Origin: Trypanosoma brucei
Taxonomy: Eukaryota
NCBI GenBank assembly: GCA_000002445.1
Contig: CP000071.1
Location: 672,001 to 736,000 of the forward strand
Direction of reading: 5' to 3'
Length of the DNA stretch: 64,000 nt
Both the position numbers and the translations under genes were made by a program. Of the stretch, positions 63,790-64,000 are shown piece after piece. Position 1 is the stretch's first letter; each line of letters starts with the position of its first letter. Below the pieces are notes generated by a model. The model was given only the letters and a program-made list of their open reading frames with translations. It had not been told where the DNA came from and made no database searches.

Positions 63790-64000
63790 TGTGTAGGGGC
63801 GTAATGCATCCAAGGAATAGACAATATTCGTGTATGTGTGTATATGGAGGGAGGAGGGGTCGACTGGTGGATCCCAGCGTTGTTCAGAAGGGAAACTGTG
63901 CATGCTATGTAGAGGGAAAGGTGGCAATATAGTTGTGTTTATGTATGCACATATATATTATATGTATACTTTAAGAGGTTGAGAATTCAAAAAGGTAAGG

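Noticed and set aside
1-64000. Prokaryotic-style annotation: Shine-Dalgarno sites, sigma-70 promoters, rho-independent terminators and operons.
   Set aside because: Gene content (V-ATPase G, AMPK beta, a Dicer-like protein, Yip1, eukaryotic TrpRS), codon usage and the intergenic architecture point to a trypanosomatid nuclear genome. Expression there relies on polycistronic Pol II transcription and trans-splicing, so bacterial signal searches are not meaningful.

Overview
This window reads as kinetoplastid (Trypanosoma brucei-like) nuclear DNA, not prokaryotic DNA. Every convincing ORF lies on the + strand, as expected for one polycistronic transcription unit. Genes are intronless and separated by pyrimidine-rich tracts with (TA)n and (TG)n microsatellites. 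I saw no operon-like signals and no CRISPR array.

Recognisable genes, 5' to 3':
- the 3' end of an ABCC/MRP transporter (second nucleotide-binding domain), followed about 5 kb later by pteridine reductase PTR1, the classic MRPA–PTR1 linkage of trypanosomatids
- a YIPF6-like Yip1 membrane protein
- a 1499-aa coiled-coil protein with an internal 390-bp duplication and a C3HC4 RING finger
- a possible HUS1-like clamp protein with a poly-Glu tract
- a eukaryotic-type tryptophanyl-tRNA synthetase
- an 847-aa P-loop protein that looks like a polynucleotide kinase, CNPase or tRNA ligase
- three near-identical 1663-bp tandem units, each encoding a 199-aa protein that starts MGCGGS
- V-ATPase subunit G
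- a 1661-aa Dicer-like RNase III protein (DCL1-like)
- an ABCG half-transporter with an unusual N-terminal extension
- a stand-alone CHAP amidase related to glutathionylspermidine amidase
- a 1186-aa coiled-coil protein with an extremely acidic tail
- an AMPK beta-subunit-like protein with a Gly2 myristoylation signal
- several hypothetical proteins

The most interesting observation is domain sharing between the 847-aa protein and the tandem array. The C-terminal ~125 aa of the 847-aa protein is clearly homologous to the C-terminal two-thirds of each 199-aa array protein. In the 847-aa protein this domain follows a P-loop kinase-like module. In the array proteins it follows a new dual-acylation N-terminus, and the candidate catalytic H-x-T motif has become H-x-L. 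That pattern suggests membrane-anchored, possibly catalytically dead paralogs of an RNA end-healing or cyclic-phosphodiesterase-like enzyme.
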